Assembly: GCF_963921235.1 (NCBI RefSeq)
Contig: NC_086097.1
Location: 24,306,001-24,370,000 of the forward strand
Length of the DNA stretch: 64,000 bases
Direction of reading: 5' to 3'
Source of the DNA: Mobula hypostoma
Lineage: Eukaryota
The translations under genes and the position numbers were made by a program. Positions 1-12,469 of the stretch are shown in pieces; position 1 is the stretch's first letter, and each line of letters opens with the position of its first letter. Under the pieces are notes generated by a model, which searched no databases, had not been told where the DNA came from, and was given only the letters and a program-made list of their open reading frames with translations.

Positions 1-232
1 GTAAGGAGTTTGCACGTTCTCCCCATGACTGCGTGGGTTTCCTCCGTGTGCTCCTGGTTCCTCCCACAGTCCAAAGTTGTATGGTTAGGGCTAAGGTTAG
101 TTGTGGCCTTTGTGGGCTGCTCCCCACCCCCAGCACAATCCTCGGATTGTGTTAGGCATTGACGCAAAATGATGCATTTCACTGTATGTTTTGATCTTTC
201 GCTGTACATGTGACAAATCAAGCTAATAGAAT
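1..232 (+). mobile_element. tRNA-derived SINE fragment (body and 3' part)
   Basis: GGAGTTTGCACGTTCTCCCCATGACTGCGTGGGTTTCCTCC..CTCCCACAGTCCAAAG core also seen at ~47520, ~56410 and ~58560. Confidence 0.6.
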
Positions 233-794
233 CTATTATTAATGCAAGCTGTTACAGGTGTTGTCAGTGCTTCTCCCGACCCAGGTAAAATTAAGGTAAT
301 GTTTTCCAGAGCACAAAAGAATCACCATAACGCTGGAGGCTAAAGGTCCCATGTTTATTTTCTGTTGCCTTCTGTTAAACCAGAGTGTAGCTAGGACAGC
401 TGGCCCCATTTCCCCGGTGAAAGGCAGCATCTGTCCTTCAGTCTGTCTGCTCTGACTTAATGTAAATTGCCATATTGTGGATGTGTTTGCAATGAGATGG
501 GGTGCTGGCTGTGAGCGTGCAGAGAGAGCGCAGTGTTCTTGTGTCAGTGTTAGGTTCACGGAGAGAGAACAAAGTCGATGTGAGGCGTTCAGTTTTATAA
601 TTGCTCCATCTACCTGTGCAGAACAGTCCTGCAGTTATGTACTCAGTGAAAGATGGCCTTAAGATTTTATCTCATTGTAGAAATCCAATAAATGACTTAA
701 CTAATTAATCCCCATGTAAATAATAGCAGGGTAGTTTGTGGTTTTGTAAGCCCAGAGGCAGAGCTGGTGGATGCCTCCCCACAGTACAAGTCAT

Positions 795-945
795 GGGAGG
801 AACCTTAGCAGGTCAAGCCGCATCAGTGGCGTTACAGGCTTTACTGCATCCAAAACGTCAGTTGTCCCCTTCCCTCCAGAAATGCTGCTGAGTACCTCTA
901 GTATTTTGTGTGTGGCTCTAGATTCCAGCTTCTATGGTTTCTTGA
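795..945. mobile_element. Degenerate inverted-pair Penelope pseudo-LTR remnant
   Basis: GGAGGAACCTTAGCAGGTCA... and ...GCTGCTGAGTACCTCTAGTATTTTGTGTG arms match the hammerhead-bearing family described below. Confidence 0.5.
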
Positions 946-1034
946 GTAACCTGGGGATATTTCCACTGATTGAGCCCTGAGCTGTGGGTGGCCCCAAAGC
1001 ATGGGATAATCTTTGAGACAGAGATCATAGCATG

Positions 1035-1645
1035 TCAAAGTCAAAGTAAGTCTACTATCAAAGCATTTATAAGTTACCATATACTACCTTGAGATTCTTT
1101 TGTTTCTTGTACACATTTATAGGAAAATAAAGAAATATAATGGAATTCATGAAAATCTATACATAAACAATGACTAACAAATAACCCAATGTGTAAAAGA
1201 AGACAAATTGTGAAAATAAAAAAATAATAATGCTGAGAACATGAGTTGTAGAGTCCTTGAAAGTGAGTCTGTAGGTTGTGCAATCATTTCAGAGTTATGG
1301 TGAGTGAAGTAATCCACACCAGTTCGGGAGCCTGATGGTTGAGGTATAATAACTATTCCTGAACCTGGTAGTGTAGGACCCACCTCTCCTCTACCTCCTG
1401 CCTATTGTTAGTAGAGAGAGGAGAGCACGCCCTGGATGATGGATGCTGCTTTCTTGTGGCAGTGTTCTATGCACGTGTGCTCAATAGTAGGGAGGGCTTT
1501 GCCTGTGAAGAACTGGGCCTCTTTTTCTGTTGACTTCTTTCTGTCCACCTCTTTCTGTAGACTTTTCTTTTCCAGCGTATTGGTGTTTTCATACCATTCT
1601 GCAATGCAGCCAGTTAGAATAGTCTCTGCTGTGCATACATAGACA
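1035..1645 (-). mobile_element. Rex1/Babar-like LINE 3' fragment
   Basis: (TCAAAG)n tail in reverse orientation; body similar to the Rex1-like 3' regions at 38710-39607 and 41352-41952. Confidence 0.6.
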
Positions 1646-1760
1646 TTAGTCTACAGAAAACCAATATAGTTAGGGTGAGAAAGTGGCCCTGGCTGTGGAA
1701 GGATTGAGATGGATCATTTCACCTCTGTAAAATGTTTACCAATCTCTCAGTGAGACATCA

Positions 1761-1789
1761 CGCTGACGGTGTTCAATTTTTCTTTGCAG
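1761..1789 (+). promoter_or_regulatory. Branch point, polypyrimidine tract and 3' splice acceptor of the neurexin exon
   Basis: CGCTGAC (1761-1767) followed by TTTTTCTTTGCAG ending at 1789. Confidence 0.75.
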
Positions 1790-1971
1790 CTGGTACAACG
1801 TACATATTCGGACGTGGAGGAGGGCTCATAACCTACACTTGGCCAGCTAACGACAGGCCCAGCACAAGGACAGACCGCTTGGCTGTTGGATTCAGCACGT
1901 CAGTGAAGGATGCCATCTTGGTGCGAGTGGACAGTGCTCCTGGTCTGGGCGACTTTCTTCAGCTTCACATA
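1790..1971 (+). CDS. NRXN3: Internal neurexin exon (start of LNS6/laminin-G domain, shared by alpha and beta isoforms), most like neurexin-3
   Basis: Flanked by AG (1788-89) and GTGAGT (1972-77), 182 bp, phase 1 to phase 0. Translates to [73 protein letters not shown] and [14 protein letters not shown] fit NRXN3 better than NRXN1 or NRXN2; paralog call is from memory. Confidence 0.88.
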
Positions 1972-2125
1972 GTGAGTACCTCCCACCTAACGTAACATAC
2001 ATTTGCAAACTATCCATGGCCTCCTCAATCTCATCCTCAACAGAAAAATTAGGTCTGCAGTTTTAAAACGACTTAAACAGTGGGAATGTCAGCTGAAAAA
2101 TCTGCTGGGAACTAGATAGTTCTGT

Positions 2126-2640
2126 TTGACTTTCCATACCTCTTCTCTCCTCTCCTTCTCCCTCCCCCTCCACCTCCCTGTCCAACTCCCCATCCACCTC
2201 CCCTCCCCCTCTACCACCCCCTCTGCCCCTTCCCCCCTACTCCCCCACTTCCCCATTCCCCATCTCCCCCTCTCCCCCTTTCCCTCTCCCCTTCTCACCC
2301 CTCCCTCCATCTCCCTCTCTATCCCCCTCCGTCCCTCTCCCTCCATCTCTCTCTCCTTTTCTCTGAAAATATTTTTCTTTTTCTTTGTGTTATTCTTTCA
2401 CATTTCCTCTTTGTATTTATTTCTGTCGATCTTGCTTACTGTCTACCTTTGTCTTTATTTCCCACTCTCTATTCGTATTCCCTACCTCTCTATTTCTTTC
2501 ATTTTCTCAATTTCTATCTCTCTTTCTTTCCCCCCCTCAATATCTCTTTCTATCTCTCGATCTATCAGTCAAATTTTTTGACTTTCTCTATGTCCCTCTG
2601 CCCCTCACAGTATTTTTCTGATGCTCTCTTTGTGTCTCAC
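2126..2640 (+). repeat. Polypyrimidine low-complexity tract
   Basis: C-rich (2126-2360) grading into CT/T-rich sequence. Confidence 0.9.
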
Positions 2641-4382
2641 GCTGCCTGCCTCTCATTTACTCAGCTGTCTCATTTTCCCTCCCTTGTTAAGACACAGAAT
2701 GAGAGACCATGTTGAAAACTGCGGAGAAATTAGCTCTTGTATTCTTTGCTTCTGCATACATGTCATGTTGATGAATGCAACAGATCTCGTTAAATGACAG
2801 AAAATCTAATTGCAGTGCTTACTTCTTCTGAGGTGTTGGGCCACTGATGCCTGAAGATATCAGGACTTGTGACCCCTCCTCGTCAGAGCAGTGACTTATT
2901 AGCCCAGGTGATTTGCTAGGCCACTGGTACTCAGTTTTCATGGGGAGAAAATCAGTAAAAGAATAATTTATAGTGTGCTCTGTTTAAAGAAACACCTCAA
3001 ATGAAATAACAGTAAGATTTGTTCATTCACTCTCTATCAACTCTTGATGTGACTCAGTTAGAACAGCAACCTCTTTATAGAATGCAGCAAGAGTTTATTA
3101 AATGGTAGAAACATGATTTCTTCTGAATATCTTTAACATTAGGTGAAGGTCCAAGATTCCCTCCAGTAATGAAGGTTGGCAGCTTGTTATCATTCCGTGA
3201 TTACGGAAATCATTGCTTGGATCTATCCATTCATTTCTCTTTGGAAGTTACCCAGGAGAATATTCCGGATGCAAATTATACCGTTTAGGAAAGTAATTGT
3301 TGGCATTTCTTGTGGGATCTTGGTTTGCAGCCATCTTGAGGCTGGTATGGAGCCAGGTGTTCCTGTTTGCAGATTTTTTTCTGGAGACAATCCAGGAAGG
3401 GATCTATAAATTTGCTTAAGAAAACTGTTGAGAAAAAATATTTATTTTTTTGCCTTGGCATGAAAGAATGATTGGCAAGCTATTCTTATGTGTTTGGATA
3501 TTATGAAAGGATTTCCATTTGCTGTTTTTTCATAAAATGGAATTGAAATCTTTTGGAGTTGTGATGGATATTCACTATCCAGTACCCAATAGGTTCATTG
3601 CCAACCTCAGCTTTCTAGCACAGCAGCATGATCTTTCCAAAGGGTCAGAGTTATTTGTGACAAAGTTAAACTTCTAACCAATATTCTTCGCTCAGCTTCA
3701 TGTTGGAAACAAGGCACAGTCTCCAGTGCGTAATGTAAATTGAAAGCAATATAATCAGTCTGAATCTAACAGGACAACTTTGCAAGAAAACAGCACGGTC
3801 TATAGAACACGGGTCGGTCTACAGCAGGGGACTGGCTGAATTATTTAATTCCAGGAAGTTTGCAGGCCAGACGCTGATGTCACTGAGCATATCAAACATG
3901 GTCACAGGTATGATCATTCGATGATTGGGATATTTGTGTAATCAGAGTCAGCCCTCACAACATTAATTTGGGTGTTTGGGATCTCTGTCTCCAGAAGCTT
4001 TTAGACCATCTGTGTAAATTACTTTGTCCTGGCAAAGATATCTGAAAACCATCGCATACAAATAATGTCAACTGGTAGCAACAGTTTAAATGTTAGAAAG
4101 TATTGGGGATTGTTAGGAATGACAAGAAGAATAACAGAAAGATGGGGTCACAAGAAGAACTAGAATTCATTCCTCAATCTGTGGTTTCTGCAATGGACAA
4201 CTCTTTTGTCTGCAAATTATTGGTATGATCTTTTAGCTTGTAAGAGTTGTAAGCTGGAGATAATTTAATGTTTTCTACCACAAATTGTCAATCGATGAAC
4301 CTAATCTTTGTTCTTTGAACGATATTTTAAATTGAATTCTCAGAGTAAAACACCTTAGGTTCGGGAGTAGTCCTCACAAAGC

Positions 4383-4855
4383 ACATAGAAACATAGAAAC
4401 ATAGAAAACCTACAGCACAATACAGGCCCTTCGGCCCACAAAGCTGAGCTGAACATGTCCCTACCTTAGAACCACCTAGACTTTACCCACAGCCCTCGAT
4501 TTTTCTAAGCTCCATGTAGCCATCCAGGAGTCTCTTAAAAACCCTATCTTTTCCGCCTCCACCACCGCCGCCAGCAGCCCATTCCACGCACTCACCATTT
4601 TCTGCGTAAAAAACTTACCCCTGACATCTCCTCTGGACCTACTTCCAAGCGCCTTAAAACTATGCCTTCTGGTGCTAGTTATTTCAGCCCTGGGGAAAAG
4701 CCTCTGACTATCCACATGATCAATGCCTCTCATTTTCTTGTGCATCTCTATCAAATCACCTCTCATCCTCAGTTGCGCCAAGGAGAAAAGGCCCAGTTCA
4801 CTCAACCTATTCTCATAAGGCATGCTCCCCAATCCAGGCAACATCCTTGTAAATC
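4383..4855 (-). mobile_element. CR1 LINE 3' fragment
   Basis: ORF 4476-4844(-) MLPGLGSMPYENRLSELGLFSL..RGDLIE..FFTQ..WNGL; (CATAGAAA)n tail at 4383-4408. Confidence 0.9.
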
Positions 4856-4974
4856 ACATACCTTACCTTGAGTGCATACCAAATTCTCATTTGATATCAT
4901 GCTCGTGCGACATTGCCATTATTGGTGCCTTTGTGGTGAAGGTCCTTATGAAAGATTTCTAGGATCAACTGAAA

Positions 4975-5280
4975 GGACCACAATAGAGAGGGGTCCTTTT
5001 AGAATGGAAATAAGGAGGAATTTCTTTATCCAGACAGTGGTAAATCTGTGGAATTCATTATCACAGGCAGCTATGGAGGCTAAGTCTTTATGTATATTTA
5101 AGGCAGAGGTTGATAGACTCTCGATTAGTCAGAAGGCTATCTGACATGAAGGGATACAGGGAGAAGGCAGGAGATGGGGCTGAGAGGAAAAATGGATCAG
5201 CCATGATGAAATGATAGAGCAGACTCGATGCGCCAAATGGCCTAATTCTGCTCCTATACCTTCTGGTCTTATGATCGTAT
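4975..5280 (+). mobile_element. CR1 LINE 3' end
   Basis: FRMEIRRNFFIQTVVNLWNSL; 3' UTR ..GGCCTAATTCTGCTCCTAT..TGGTCTTATG. Confidence 0.85.
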
Positions 5281-5284
5281 GGAA

Positions 5285-5800
5285 ATGACAGGCGTACGAA
5301 CACCAGTGTACTGGAGGAGGCCAACATGAACAGCATCTCCTCTGCAATAAAATAATACAAACTCTGATGGATAGGTCATGTCATCCGGATGCCTAGCTCA
5401 CATCTCTACAAACAGATCCTTTACTCCCAGTTGAAGGGAAGTCAGTGAGCCTCTGGTGGCAAAGGAAACACTTCAAAGACAGCATTAAAATCAGAACAAA
5501 GAAATTCAACGTTGCATCCAAAAAACTGGGAAGACATTGCACTCAATAGATACACCTGGAAGAAATCTGTTCAAGAGGGAGCGGTGCTACATGACAACAA
5601 CCACCACTGTGCCGCAGAGAACTATCGGTTACTGCAAAAGGAGTGAATGAACGGCTATAAAAACCCAAACGCTAACCACAGCCTCCACCGACTCTTGCCC
5701 ACACTGCACCAGAATATGTGGATCCTGGATCAGCCCCTACAAACTCACCGATAGACAATCCTTCAGGAGAACATCCTACTCAACTCAATTGATTGTACTC
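5285..5800 (+). mobile_element. Degraded RTE-clade LINE 3' fragment
   Basis: Manual translation RTNTSVLEEANMNSI..L*WIGHVIRMP..KQILYSQL..G..GG..HFKD, homologous to the C-terminus of the 21702-22427 ORF. Confidence 0.75.
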
Positions 5801-6137
5801 CTACTGTGTGCTGAAGGTTTTTTCATGGAATTAATGTAATAGGAAATGAAGTATAGATTATTGGAAGTAAACTCAGTATGTTTCTAAATGGGGTCTTCAT
5901 ACCATTTGAATTTTCTGGAAAGGCAAGTTAATTACAAGGCAAACACTTTTCTCCATCTTCTCACCCTGTATTAAGTCCTCTTCTCCCTGTCCATTATTCC
6001 CACTCTCCCCTCATCTATCTTTTCTCTTTTGCTGTCCAACTTTAACCTTCTTTCTCAGCCCTTCAGACTCACCCACCTTCCCTCCTTTCTTTACCTCTCT
6101 CCACATAGTCTTTCACCTGCCCTCCTCTTCTCTCAAC

Positions 6138-6258
6138 ACACATAAAAGTTGCTGGTGAACACAGCAGTCCAGGCAGCATCTGTAGGAAGAGGTACAGTCA
6201 ACGTTTCGGGCCGAGACCCTTCGTCAGGACTAACTGAAAGAAGAGATAGTAAGAGATT
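6138..6258 (-). mobile_element. Short Penelope pseudo-LTR element with hammerhead motif and 15-bp TSD
   Basis: Flanked by TCCTCTTCTCTCAAC at 6123-6137 and 6259-6273; close reverse-complement match to the copy at ~12535-12660. Confidence 0.85.
6195..6232 (-). ncRNA. Minimal type-I hammerhead ribozyme motif
   Basis: Reverse complement reads UAGUC CUGACGA A GGGU CUCG GCCC GAAA CG UU GACUG: intact core, stems I and II, GUU cleavage triplet. Confidence 0.75.
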
Positions 6259-7159
6259 TCCTCTTCTCTCAACTCTCTTCATTTATCCTCCCACACTTCC
6301 CGTCTCACACACCGAGCATGCTGTTGTAATGCATGAATAGTCGACTTACTGTCGACTTCCTGCCAGCTTGAACTAGTCTGGCTATTCTCCTCTGACCTCT
6401 TTCATGAGCAAGATGTCATGCAGAGCTAACTAAATTAATGGCACATAACTAAACTGATACCTTCTTCCTGAACATGGATCACATCCACAGTAGCACAGCG
6501 ATTAGTGCAACACTACTATAGTGTCAGTGATCTGCGTTCAAATCCACCACTGTCTGGAAGGAGTTTGAATATTCTCCCCATGGCCATGTGGGCTTTTACC
6601 TTACATGTCTAATGGCAAGCTTCTGTCCTGAATTTTTATGAAGCCATTGCTAGGATAGTAACCAGGCATGAGTTTACTATCGTTCACTTTGGCCTAGAGT
6701 TTGTGAACCTGTTACATACCTTCTCGTCTGGTATCAACCTTGGAGGGTCTACTTTATCTCACCACTACATGCTCAACCTCCCATCTCACTCTGTTGTGCT
6801 ACAGAGCCAAGAATTCACGATTACCCACCATTAATTACCATCCTCTACTACACTTACGCTTGGAATGATCTGTCTGGTGGAACACCAGAGCAAAAGCTTT
6901 TGACTGTCTCTGTGTACATGTGACAATAGCAAACCATTAAACCCATCTTTCTCCACTTCAACCCCAGCTTCCTGATCTGATACCTGTCAGATATTGTATG
7001 AAGACATCCCTGTGAAGAACTTGGGGCTTTGTTTATAAAGTCTATTTATGAATATTAAGAATATATTGTTATTGTTAATATAAGACATTAATTGGTAATT
7101 ATGTTTGCAGTTGATAAAATTCCACCCTTCCCAGAACATTGTTCATTTGTTATATCCCA

Positions 7160-7466
7160 TGTCGTGTGGAATGGGTGATCATGGTCTTTCCGTGACCGTG
7201 ATTGTTCGTAGTAAATTACCTTCTTCTGGGCAGTGTATTTACAAGATGGGTGACCCCGGCCTTTATCAATACTCTTTGGAGATTGTCTGCCTGGTGTTAG
7301 TTGTCGCATAAGCAGGACTTGTGATAAGCACCGGTTGCTTATTCGATCATCTCCCATGGCTTCACGTGATGCTGATCTGGGGGTGGAGTGGGCTAAGCGT
7401 GTGCTTCACCTGCAGGCTAGTGGAGGGAAGGAGCGCCTTACACCTCCCTTGGTAGAGACGTATCTT
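7160..7466 (-). mobile_element. Non-autonomous short interspersed element, probably RTE-derived
   Basis: Its left end (CATGGTCTTTCCGTGACCGTGATTGTTC) recurs at ~24629-24660; no coding capacity; family assignment is inference. Confidence 0.4.
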
Positions 7467-7676
7467 CACCGCCCAGCATCAGAACATAATGGTACAATTC
7501 TACGTTGCAAACATATGGAGCATCCTTACATCAGCCGTTACAATCTGTTTGGCTCAAAGGTTCATTTATTATCAAAGTATACAACTCTGAAAGTCTTCTT
7601 CTCCAGATAGCCATGAAACCAAGGAACCAAGAAAGGTGCAGCATCCTCTCACAATGTACAAAAGCTACAGCAAACT

Positions 7677-7872
7677 AAGGCAGTGGAGGCCAATTCTCTG
7701 GATGCTTTCAAGAAGGAGCTAGGTAGGTATCTTATGGATAGGGGAATCAAGGGTTATGGGGACAAGGCAGGTACCGGGTATTGATAGTAGATGATCAGCC
7801 ATGATCTCAGAATGGCGGTGCAGGCTCGAAGGGCCGAATGGTCTACTTCTACACCTATTGTCTGTTGTCTAT
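7677..7872 (+). mobile_element. CR1 LINE 3' end
   Basis: GCAGTGGAGGCC..TTCAAGAAGGAGCTAG..CTCGAAGGGCCGAATGG..(TTGTCTA)n tail. Confidence 0.8.
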
Positions 7873-8309
7873 AGGTCAGCAAAAAGGTCATTAGCTGCAT
7901 TCTTCCTTGCAGCTTGACTTGCATTTGTCCAGAACAAAGTAATGGGCAAGAAGAATGGCAGACACTACCCACCCAGCAAACTGCCTTTTCCAAAAGCTCC
8001 CTTCCGGAAAGCGCTATAGGGCTATTAAAACAAAAACTTTGCACCATCTTAAAAAGTTTCTTCCCCAGGCAGTTAATCTGATCAACCGTTCTTGTTAACC
8101 CCCCCCCCCTCTTTTATCTATTACCTCCATCACTGCACTGTACTATAAACACTTCAAACTAGTTTTTATATTTTTATAACACAATGTTACACTGTAAATA
8201 AATGCTGGTATTAACACATATTTTATCCCATATCTGTTCTTCTAATTTTATTTGCATATAAAACTCTAATATATAATGTATTCTCTCTCTCTATTTCAAT
8301 ATATGTATA

Positions 8310-9861
8310 CAGTGGCATGCAAAAGTTTGGGCACCCCTGGTCAAAATTTCTGTTTCTGTGAATAGCCAAGCGAGTAAAAGATGACCTGAATTCCAAAAGG
8401 CATAAGGTTAAAGATGACACCTTTCTTTAATATTTTAAGCAAGATTACTTATTTATTTCCATCTTTTACAGTTTCAAAATAACAAAAAAGGAAAAAGGCC
8501 CAAAACAAAAGTTTGGGCACCCTGCATGGTCAGTACTTAGTAACACCCCCCTTGGCAAGTATCACAGCTTGTGAACACTTTTTGTAGCCAGCTAAGAGTC
8601 TTTCAATTCTTGTTTGGGGGATTTTCGCCCATTCTTCCTTGAAAAAGGCTTCTAGTTCTGTGAGATTCTTGGGCAGTCTTGCATGCACTGCTCTTTTGAG
8701 GTCTATCCACAGATTTTCGATGATGTTTAGGTCGGGGGACTGTGAAGGCCATGGCAAAACCTTCATCTTGCACCTCTTGAGGTAGTCCATTGTGGATTTT
8801 GAGGTGTGTTTAGGATCATTATCCTGTTGTAGAAGCCATCCTCTTTTCATCTTCAGCATTTTTACAGACGGTGTGATGTTTGCTTCCAGAATCTGCTGGT
8901 ATTTAATTGAATTCATTCTTCCCTCTACCAGTCAAATGTTCCCTGTGCCACTGTCTGCAAAACAAACCCAAAGCATGATCGATCCACCCCCATGCTTAAC
9001 AGCTGGAGAAGTGTTCTCTTCATGAAATTCTGCACCTTTTTTTCTCCAAACATACCTTTGCTCATTGTGGCCAAAAAGTTCTATTCTAACTTCATCAGTC
9101 CACAGGACTTGTTTCCAAAATGCATCAGGCTTGTTAAGACGTTCCTTTGCAAACCTCTGACGCTGAATTTTGTGGTGAGGACACAGGAAAGGTTTTCTTC
9201 TGATGACTCTTTCATAAAGGTCATATTTGTGCAGGTGTCGCTGCACAGTAGAACAGTGCACCACTACTCCAGAGTCTGCTAAATCTTCCTGAAGGTCTTT
9301 TACAGTCAAGCGGGGGTTTTGATTTGCCTTTTTAGCAATCCTACGAGCAGTTCTCTCGGAAAGTTTTCTTGGTCTTCCAGACCTCAACTTGACTTCCACT
9401 GTTCCTGTTAACTGCCATTTCTTAATTACATTACGAACTGAGGAAACGGCTACCTGAAAACGCTTTGCTACCTTCTTATAGCCTTCTCCTGCTTTGTAGG
9501 CATCAATTATTTTAATTTTCAGGGCGCTAGGCAGCTGCTTCAGGAGCTCAAGGCTGCTGATTGTTGCGACAAGGTTTGAGGAGTCAGGGTATTTATAAAG
9601 CTTTGAAATTTGCATAACCTGGCCTTTCCTAATGATGATTGTGAATAAGCCATAGCCTTAACAAGCTAATTAAGGTCTGAGACCTTGGTAAAAGTTAAAA
9701 ATTGTACAAAACCAAAATAATACACTAATTTTGCTTAAAGTGTTGAAAAGAATGTTTCATCTTTAACTTTGACTTTTGGAGATCAGTTCATCTTCTACTC
9801 ACTTAACTATTCGCAGTAACAGAAATTTTGACCAGGGGTGCCCAAACTTTGCTTGCCACTG
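8310..9861 (-). mobile_element. Tc1-family (IR/DR type) DNA transposon, near full length
   Basis: TIRs CAGTGGCATGCAAAAGTTTGGGCACCCCTGGTCAAAATTTCTGTT at 8310 and the inverted copy ending at 9861; TA on both flanks; inner direct repeat AAAAGTTTGGGCACCC at ~8507. Confidence 0.95.
8530..9543 (-). pseudogene. Tc1 DD34E transposase with one stop and one frameshift
   Basis: GRPRK linker, LWTDE, QQDNDPKH, WPSQSPDLNIIENLW with 34 residues between the second D and E; ORFs 8932-9615 and 8530-8916 are separated by TGA and a frameshift. Confidence 0.93.
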
Positions 9862-10966
9862 TATATATATGTAATTCTAGATAAATAATTCTTTATTCTT
9901 CATGATTGTTGAATGTAACTATTTTTACTGCATGCCAGACCAACACGCCACAGCAAATTCCTGATACATGTAAGTAAACTTCATCTTTGATCCTATTATC
10001 GAAGGTTTTTGTATCATATAGTAAGAATCCAATCATTTTTGAATGATTGGATCCCTAATAAATCCTGTCCAGAGCTGTCTACAAAATGGAAAGGTACAAT
10101 GAATACATATTGAAAGGAAGCTCCGAGATGATAGCCGGCTGGAGAGTTTTTGTATGGTGATTTTCTTCGGCTTTTGTTTGTGTGCCTCCTGTACATACAA
10201 GATTCAATGCGACATTATTGAACTTGATGTTATCAGTTCACTCACAGCTCACAATGTCAGAATGGATTGTTGAGAGAAGATGACGACATCATAGACACAG
10301 ACAGCAAACAGCAGGGTGCTGATGATCTGTCACTTGTCAGCTTAGCCATTGCTTTCTCCCTTACCCTGCATCCAAATAAGATCTATTTCCTTCTCCTAAG
10401 AAACAGGGATTCCTGCAGCTTTAGGACTGCTGAATGCAGAAACTTGCTGCGTGACACACAGTGCCACTGTTTTGTTTTGTTCTGACCCTATATGCATTCT
10501 GCCTACAAAAGAGTAAACTGCAGTGATACAAACATTCTCTCTTTCATAAGACATAGGAACAGAATTAGGCCACTCAAACCACTGATCTGCTCCACCATTC
10601 AATCATGGCAGATATATTTTCCCTCTCACCTCTGTTCTCCTGCCTTCTCCCTGTAACTTTCTTCACCCTGGCTAATCAAGAGCCTCTCAATCTCCACTTT
10701 AAATATAACTTCAATATAAATATCTCTCTGAGGTTTACCTAATCTAGCAGTGAACCGAGCAGCAGATGCAGATTCAACAGCAATACCCATCACATCCATC
10801 TCCACCTATCCATCCCCCTAATCTAATACCTCCGTGTTATCCTATTAAGTTTATTTTTTATATAATTCTTTATCTTCATAATTATTGAATGTTGTTTTTT
10901 GTTGACTGTCATGCCAACACACCGTTGCGAATTCCTAATATATGTACTGTGTGTATATATAGAGAA

Positions 10967-11467
10967 CACTATAGGAAGGTCGCCTCCCTATGGGAAGGTC
11001 GTGGAAGCATTGGAAAGGGTACAGAGGAGATTTACCAGGACGCTGCCTGGTTGATCAGAGATTAAGGGAGCTAGGGCTTTACTCTTTGGAGAGAAGGAGG
11101 ATGAGAGGAGACATGATAGAGGTATACAAGATAATAAGAGGAAAAGATAGAGTGGAATAGATATAGCCAGCGCCTCTTCCCCAGGGCACCACTGCTCAAT
11201 ACAAGAGGACATGGCTTTAAGGTAAGGGGTGGGAAGTTCAAGGGGGATATTAGAGGAAGGTTTTTTTACTCAGAGAGTGATTGGTGTGTGGAATACACTG
11301 CCTGAGTCAGTGGTGGAGGCAGATACACTCGTGAAGCTTAAGAGACTACTAGACAGGTAGGAATTTAAGGTGGGGGGTTATATGGGAGGCAGGGTTTGAG
11401 GGTCGGCACAACATTGAGGGCCGAAGGGCCTGTAATGTGATGTACTGTTCTATGTTCTATGTTCTAT
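10967..11467 (+). mobile_element. CR1 LINE 3' fragment (same young subfamily as 29379-30284)
   Basis: Near-identical to 29811-30284; (GTTCTAT)n tail. Confidence 0.9.
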
Positions 11468-11740
11468 AAAACTGATCCTTGACTGTCTTGCAGCAACCCG
11501 TCAATGTGCTGATGCCCATGCTGTGAGTCAGAGGGCCGTGAGACAGAATCCTGTAGAACTGAGTGCTATTTTTCAGTTGTAGTGTTAAACCTTCCAGTCC
11601 TTATTCTTGTCTGCACTCTTAACTTTACAGTCACCTCACAATTTACCTTGATATGTTCTTGCATTTTGTTAAGGTCTGTCCGCACTGTACTTTCTCTTTA
11701 GCTGCTGCACTTTATTTTCTACCCATCCTAGCTTTATGGC

Positions 11741-12140
11741 CATAGAACATAGAACATTGCAGCAGAGTGCAGGCCCTTCAGCCCACAATGTTGTGCTGAC
11801 CCTTTAGTCTACTCTTGCACACCTGCATCAATTACTTCTCATCCTCCCTCACTTCAAAAAGCAAAGCCCTAGCTTGTTCATCCTATCTTCAAAAGATATG
11901 CTCTCAAGTCCAGGCAGCATCCTGGTAAATCTCCTCCGCACCCTGTCTAAAGCTTCCACATCCTTCCTATAATGAGGCAACCAGAACTAAACACAACATT
12001 ATAAGTATGGTCTAACCAGAGGTTTATACAGCTGTAACATTACCCCGCAGCTCTTGAACTCAATCCCCAGACTAATGAAGGCCAACACAACACTCGCCTC
12101 CTTCACAGTGCTCTCAATCTGTGTGGTAATTTTGAGGGAT
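11741..12140 (-). mobile_element. CR1 LINE 3' fragment with internal deletion
   Basis: CATAGAACATAGAAC tail; CCAGGCAGCATCCTGGTAAATCTCC..CATCCTTCCTATAATGAGG RT-terminal motif in reverse. Confidence 0.75.
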
Positions 12141-12469
12141 CAAACATGTTTAGACCATGTTTGTGCACTTCCTGGAAGAGAACAAACTCTTTGACCATAA
12201 AGGCATGATAGTCAAGCTAATTCTCGTCATAGAACATAGAACATCACAGCACAATACCAGGCCCTTTGGCCCATGATGTTGTGCCAACCCTTTAACCTGC
12301 CCTTACCTCCCACATAGCTTTCTATTTTTATTTCATCCACGTGTCTCTTCAATATTCACCTGCTTTCACATCCCTCCCTGGGAGGTGCCTGGAAGCAGCT
12401 TATTATCACTCCTTAGACCATGATTGTCAACCTGTATCTTCAGTGTTCCAGTTGCTGCCCTGCCTAAAC

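Larger units (their letters stand above)
7880..9993 (+). mobile_element. Rex1-like LINE 3' end, interrupted by the Tc1 element
   Basis: THPANCLFQKLPSGKRYRAIKTKT..SFFPQAV-like coding end at ~7965-8075; the 3' UTR resumes after 9862 and matches 10860-10960. Confidence 0.6.

Noticed and set aside
1732..1995. 87-aa ORF as a standalone gene
   Set aside because: Only 1790-1971 is neurexin-like and it is bounded by canonical splice sites; the flanks are intron read-through.
2089..2715. Several Pro/Ser/Leu/Phe-rich ORFs
   Set aside because: Artefacts of a stop-poor polypyrimidine tract.
10967..11467. Segmental duplication with 29811-30284
   Set aside because: Identity is confined to the CR1 body and tail and the flanks differ, so these are independent insertions of one young subfamily.
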